NCBI GenBank assembly: GCA_030141605.1
Contig: JAQGDQ010000351.1
Location: forward strand, 184,718-248,717
DNA length: 64,000 nucleotides
Direction of reading: 5' to 3'
Origin: Tubiluchus corallicola
Lineage: Eukaryota > Animalia > Priapulida
Shown here: in pieces, positions 58,076 to 64,000 of the stretch
How positions within the stretch are numbered: the stretch's first letter is position 1
Layout of the letters: the number at the start of each line of letters is the position of its first letter
Notes under the pieces: model-generated
What the model was told of the DNA's origin: nothing
Database searches by the model: none
What the model saw: only the letters and a program-made list of their open reading frames with translations
Translations under genes and position numbers: made by a program

Positions 58076-59849
58076 GTCGGTATACACAAGTGCTGCAAAT
58101 GTTTGTCGTGCGGGTACACTTTTAAAGTATGAAAGTTTGAATGCTGAAAACAGTCTAATCATCTACGTTCACTTGTTCACTAATTTCACTAATGCCGTAC
58201 CAAGAATATCTGAAACAATAAATAGCAATGTCTGATAAAATTAAAATACTAAAGTACATAGTGCACAAATCATCTTTTAAAATTCACATAATTAGGCTAG
58301 CCACTCAACTCAGAGAACCTATTGACGATATCCACACAAATAAGCCACTAACAGTACTGTAGTGTATTACGACAGTAAAAGTACAATAAAGCTGCAATGA
58401 CAATTGAAATAGACATTCATGTGCAAATGAAATGCATATACATATATAATGTTACAGCCTTACAATTTGCAAATTAACGGTATTAAAAGTATAATGAAAG
58501 TAGCGTATTCAATGCCAGCTATATGCTACAACTAGAGTAAACCTAGAGCGTTTACAATAGCTACTACACAACACAATAGCAAGTGAAATAGACATTCATC
58601 CACAAATGGAACGCACATGAAATAATACAATTTTACAAGTTACAAATTACCAAATTTAAATGTGCAATAAGACTAGCATGTTTACAGCTCAACTGCAAGC
58701 TAGCATTAAACTAAGTTGGCAAACCTCGCATCACTATTTAAACCAAAAAGTGGTAAGCGGATTACGCTACAGACAAAGCAACAATAGTGAAGATGGCTTA
58801 CGACAAATGGTTAAAAGCATTAGGAACATACAGTACTAAAAATACAGACAGCTGCGAGGTAATATGATTTAGGTGTACAGTTATTGAATTCATACACCTA
58901 CGGCATATATGACACCCATATAAGTTCAAAAAGTGATATAGCTAGCCATAATACAACACGATAATTTTTTAGCCTAAGGGTGATAAATAGGTGAAATAAT
59001 TTCTAAGACATGCAGTGTGTACAAATTCAGTCTACACATTCAAGAGACACGTTGGCAGCACATAGCTGAAGCAGTGCCACAAGCAGATTTTCGATTATTG
59101 CGTCTGTACAGAGCAAAAAGAGAGGTCAACAGGCAGAATTGCCTAACAGGTGACTGCATACATATGGTGTGGCAGAAGCTGACATTCACACTCGCTAGCT
59201 AGTCCGAGGCTGGCAAACTGTTGTAAGAACTACGTACAGTTTGCCAATTACTAGTCTGAAAGGTGAGTAGCTGAACTGAATTTGATATTAACTGCTTACA
59301 TACATATTTTGGAATTTTTCTGACAAAAAATGTAGTTTTGGTTCTCCATTTTTTACACTCAGCTTACTTATAAAAATGTGTTTTTATATCCTGCAGGCAT
59401 CCACGAAAAACAGACATGTTCTAGTAATCCTATGTAAAATGTAAGCATTGATTTGCTCATTACTGGTGATTAAAGCCAAATGAACCTATCACAGCCAAGA
59501 ATATAAATTTGCTATAAAACTCTGTGTAATAGACAGTCAAGAAAAGCCTATAATACAGTGCATTTTTGTGCTATTAATGTAAAACAAGCAAAAAAACATT
59601 GACCGCTTAAACAAAATTGTATAATATTAGCAATTTACAAATCATCATATACAAAAAGAAAAAATGTACTCGACTGATTGCTTGTTTGTTTTCTGTTACT
59701 TTTCACTATCAAGTAATTTAATTAAACACAACTTTTTGCAAAAGCAGTTACACTTAAACAACTCTTTAAATGCATTATGTAATACATATATTGTGTAGCT
59801 TAGTAGCTATTAATATTCCGTAACATATACCTTACCAAGAATACCTTTT

Positions 59850-62800
59850 CCAAAGAAATAAGGACCTAGATGGTAAACATCTTAAACGGTCCTCTCCCAT
59901 ATGCCTTTTGAAACTGTCAACTTATGAAGCACTTATGGTTGATGCTGAAAGATGATACCATGGTTGAACTATACGATGTCAAAAGAAGTGTGATTTGATG
60001 TTGGTTCTAGCTGGTTGCACAAATAACTTAGACTCTTGACCACGAAGAACTCTGTCAGGCCTGGAAAAAGTCTGCCTCAGTCACAACAGTACTTCCACTA
60101 ATTATTTTGAAGCAGTTTACAAGGTCTACAGTCTTACGCCTTTGCTCAAGAGTAGAAATTGAAGCGGGATCCAAATCAATAGCAAGACGAGTACATCTAT
60201 CTTGAGTTCTTGCGAGAGCATTCTTGAGAGTAGCATACTGGGGTGACCATACAACCGACACATTACCAGAATGGGTCGGATGACAGCTTTATAGAGAGGA
60301 ATAATTTCTCGATATCACACACCGCTTAATCATGCCAATATGACGGTTTGCTTTAGTAATGATATGATTCACATGGGAATTCCATTTGAGGTCATTAGAA
60401 ATCATTACTCCCAAGTCTCTAATACAACTTTTTTCAGCTATTTGAGCATTATTTATAAAGTAAGGTGTTATAGATTTAGGCCATATTCTAAGTAAAGCAC
60501 ATTTGCTAGGTTTAAGTGTCATCAACCATTTACTGCACCAGTCTAAAATTTCATCCAAGTCATGTTGTAAAATATAATGATCAAGATCGTCCCAAATTGG
60601 ACGAAAGGCTTTAAATCATCAACAAATAATGGGATGTTAGTAGGGGAAATACAATTGGTAATATAAAAATAAGGAACCAGTAAGGGCCACTCAAGGTTCC
60701 TTGAAGGATACCACTTATAACAGGGCACCATTCAGTGGTTAAACCGTTAAGAACAACACGCTGGAAACAATGAGTAAGAAAGTAACTGAACCACTTTAGA
60801 AGCTTACCTCTTATACCGAAATGCCCCATGATAAGTAAGAGACTTTGGTGGGGGACACAATTAAATGCCTTTTTGAAATCAAGATAAAGTACATCAATAC
60901 CAGGCAAAGTAGGATCATCGAAGAAGAAAGTCCACTGATTTAAACACGACAATAGATTAGAGACGACTGAACGAAGAGGAAGAGAACCATGTTGGGACTT
61001 ACAAATTCGTTCAGTTTGAGCAAGAAAGGTTAGAATCTGGTCGCACAATACGGATTCAAAGCATTTCACTACTACAGAAGATCATCATAAGAAGGACATG
61101 CATTTGGCGGTTTAGGGATGGGGTTAACGTTACAGTTAAGCCAGCATTGGTGACGACTCCGGAATCAAGAGACTTACGGAACAAAAGGAAAAAGGGAGAG
61201 TAAGCTGGAGAGCACAGGATTTCAAAATAAAGCCACAAACTTTATTGGGCCCTGTAGCCTTAAATTCTGTTAATTTAATAAGCTTAGCATATACATTGCT
61301 AATACTGAAATTAATGTCATTCAGCATTCCAGTTAGAAGAAGGAATAGGCAAGACATTATTATCAGGCTCATGGGTTAAGAAAGAACAGAAAGCATCATT
61401 TATTGTAGAAGTGACTTTTTTTGGACAAGTAACAACATCATTGTTACAATCTTTAATGCAACTAATGCAGTTGGAAGGCTTCAAGAAGTATTTACTATAC
61501 CTGAAGAATTCCTTGCCATTTTTGCTCAACCTACTTGCAAGTCTATTTTCGTACCTCATCCTTGCATGGCGAATAGACATTCTTAACTGATGGAATTGTC
61601 TGGTATACACAGCAAGAGCGCTACACAGATCAGTACGGTTCCACAGTCTCTAAAGTTTAAGCTTCATAGATTTAGCTTGACGGACATATATATCATTTTC
61701 CCATGGTGCACACAACTTTTTACTCAGACTCAGACGTTCCCCTTAGAGGGACAAAATTATCACCTGCATAGTTGTAAGAGTGGAGGAAAAAGTTCCAGGC
61801 ACTTATAACATCACAATTACACATCTCATTACGCCAGTCAGTGTTTGCAAAAAAATCACGCAACTAAGGTAGTGAAGCTCTGCGATAGTCTCTCCATGGT
61901 CTAGTATTTTCATACAAGTAAGAGAAATCAATAGAAAATTTGAGGCTAGTATCATGGTCACTAGTTGAAAAACCAGGGTTAGCAATGCAAATGTTGATTT
62001 TTTTTTCAGGACAATTGGATAACAGGAGTTCTCAACAGTTTTTATGACGGGTAGGGAAGTTAATGTGTTGGGTCAACAAATTTTCATTAATGATTTCCAA
62101 AAACAAAACATCAAAAGCACTATGGGGCATCAATGGTTGAGGATTCGGGCACACGGTTTAAAATGATATTCTTAGATCATCTTTGCTTCTCAATAGGCTC
62201 ATATACTAGAGATTCGATCTTCTCCACTAGAGATACAACATCTTTTTGCAACGCAGAAATTCTTTTGTCGTTACTGGGATAGCTCGTCAACTTTTGCACT
62301 CAAGACAACAACATCACCGACAGAACCTTTGGATGCAATATCAAACTTCAAAGCTTCAACCTTAGTATCGATCATTTTCGACAGCTCTTGCATTTGGTCA
62401 TCAAGCTTTAAGGGCTTTAGGATGGTATTTACAACAGAACCAAGAGCTCGACATGCCTAGAGTACAATGGATATGATAAGTGACATCATCCATATTAAGG
62501 CAAGAAGTACAAAACCAAAGATGACATCGATCATGGCACAGATACTACTCAAAATCACACAATGGCATACTTCACAACAGCTATCATAGTCATCAATTGT
62601 GGAATTTTTATTTATCATTTCATCACTAGCAGGCAGTTTGCATTGTTTGCTAAGTACAGAAACAGCAGGCTGCTTGGCTGACTTTTTGCTATTTGTCCCT
62701 TTTTGTTTAGACATAGGTGAGCTTTTCAAAACATTTTTCATGGGACCATTTCCCACACCATGGCTTTGAACAACAGCAACAGCATGGTAATTACTACTTT

Positions 62801-63050
62801 TCGAATTAGCTTGGACAGGAGTTGTTGCAATAATAAAGCACTACTATTTCTAATGCTATGACTATGAGAGGGCTTACTACTCTCAGTACTGGAACTACTC
62901 TTGTTACTACTCATATCAGCACTAACACCCATTACAACAGTGTTTCTAACACTACGAAGTACTAATCTAGTAGATATTCTACAACAATCCACGTCCACAA
63001 AGCAAAAGTCAAAATGGCGGTTTGATCGAGAGGCCAGAACCAGTTACCAC
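59850..63050 (-). mobile_element. Decayed CR1-like non-LTR retrotransposon (PHD-finger ORF1 remnant plus RT ORF2)
   Basis: Frameshifted RT motifs QHG...RS..SNLL, DVLYLDFKKAF..VPH..L, GIRGKLLKWF..FL..R.QRVV, SGILQG..LGP, LFVDDLK, RDLGV.IS.DLKW..H. PHD-like C..CH / CHDRCHLWFCTSC near 62490-62580. Many stops; boundaries approximate. Confidence 0.9.
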
Positions 63051-63364
63051 CTTAGGAACCTTAAATTCTAGGAAAGGGTCGGTATTGAGTCCAATAAAAA
63101 ACTTCAGCAAAGAGCAGAGTACATAGATAAGTAGTTCACACAAAAATATAACATCAGCAGTGTTACTCAATTTCTAAGGAAAAATTTCACAGACAAAGAC
63201 AATTTTTCGTCCACCATTATTGGCAACACGGGAATATATATATATATATATTCTGACTAAAGCATAGACCTCTTAAGAACTAGTGATTTCTAGAAGTTAT
63301 TAGTCCCATAGACTAATGTGCACCCATTTAATCTATACATACTGTTGGGCGCCGAGTAACCCCT

Positions 63365-63442
63365 TAGCCGAAGTAGGACAATTGGCGTACATGGGCTAGC
63401 CCAAGTAGGATGCGTCGTACATGGGCTAGCCCAAGTAGGACA
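63365..63442. repeat. Short ~31-bp tandem repeat
   Basis: cgtacatgggctagcccaagtagga occurs twice, preceded by the related agccgaagtagga. Confidence 0.8.
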
Positions 63443-64000
63443 CTAGAAATAGGTCGCGAATTGAGTCGTTAAGCGTACTGGCACCGTCTGTCGTCCTTGT
63501 TTATGGAATAATAATTAAAAATGTCAATATACGTTGAATAATTTATTATACATCTGATAAACGAAAAGAATTTCATTCTGAGCTAGAAGAATTAATATTT
63601 GCCAATATTAATCTTCTTTGAGGTGAAATAAGTGCACCTTTTTGGCGATTCCAACATTTGTTTAAGGCATATCATTTTTTATTTTGTCTTGCTTCACAGA
63701 CTGGTGATCCTTTTTCCTCCCTCTTGGACAAATAATTGTTTTCTACTAAGTAAACGGGTTAGAGAGTTATGTGCCCTACATAGTTTCTCTCTTTAAAACA
63801 TTAGATACTTAGTTTAATGTTATGATGATATTAATGGAGCTAATAATAATGATGATATTGTTGTAAAAAATACATTTGTAAATTGTCAAGGACTATCCAT
63901 CATTATTATAAAGTTATTTTTTTTCTAAAATAAATTTAGTTTTAGTTTTATGTTTTAGTATGTCATAAATCTCGATTCTCGACAGAAATCGCTAGTGTCC

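Overview
AT-rich, intron-rich animal (probably invertebrate) genomic DNA, not prokaryotic; most ORFs in the supplied track are spurious or come from microsatellites. All recognisable genes are on the minus strand. (1) A Zasp/ALP-Enigma-family PDZ-ZM-LIM gene, hand-spliced as 10 phase-consistent GT-AG exons from ATG 45219 to 431 and continuing beyond the left edge, with at least two apparent internal alternative first exons (28305-28348 and 11027-11103). (2) An intronless 397-aa predicted secreted protein (23887-25080) nested on the same strand in Zasp intron 2, whose C-terminus looks like a degenerate TGF-beta mature domain. (3) An orphan paralogous PDZ half-domain exon (49365-49516) with the same length and phases as Zasp exon 2, lying between Zasp and POLB. 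(4) A complete 8-exon DNA polymerase beta gene (58075 to 52617, 336 aa). (5) A decayed CR1-like LINE (~59850-63050), other LINE fragments, MITE/SINE-like elements and many microsatellites. Gene models were derived by eye from splice signals, reading-frame phase and remembered family motifs; no searches were run.
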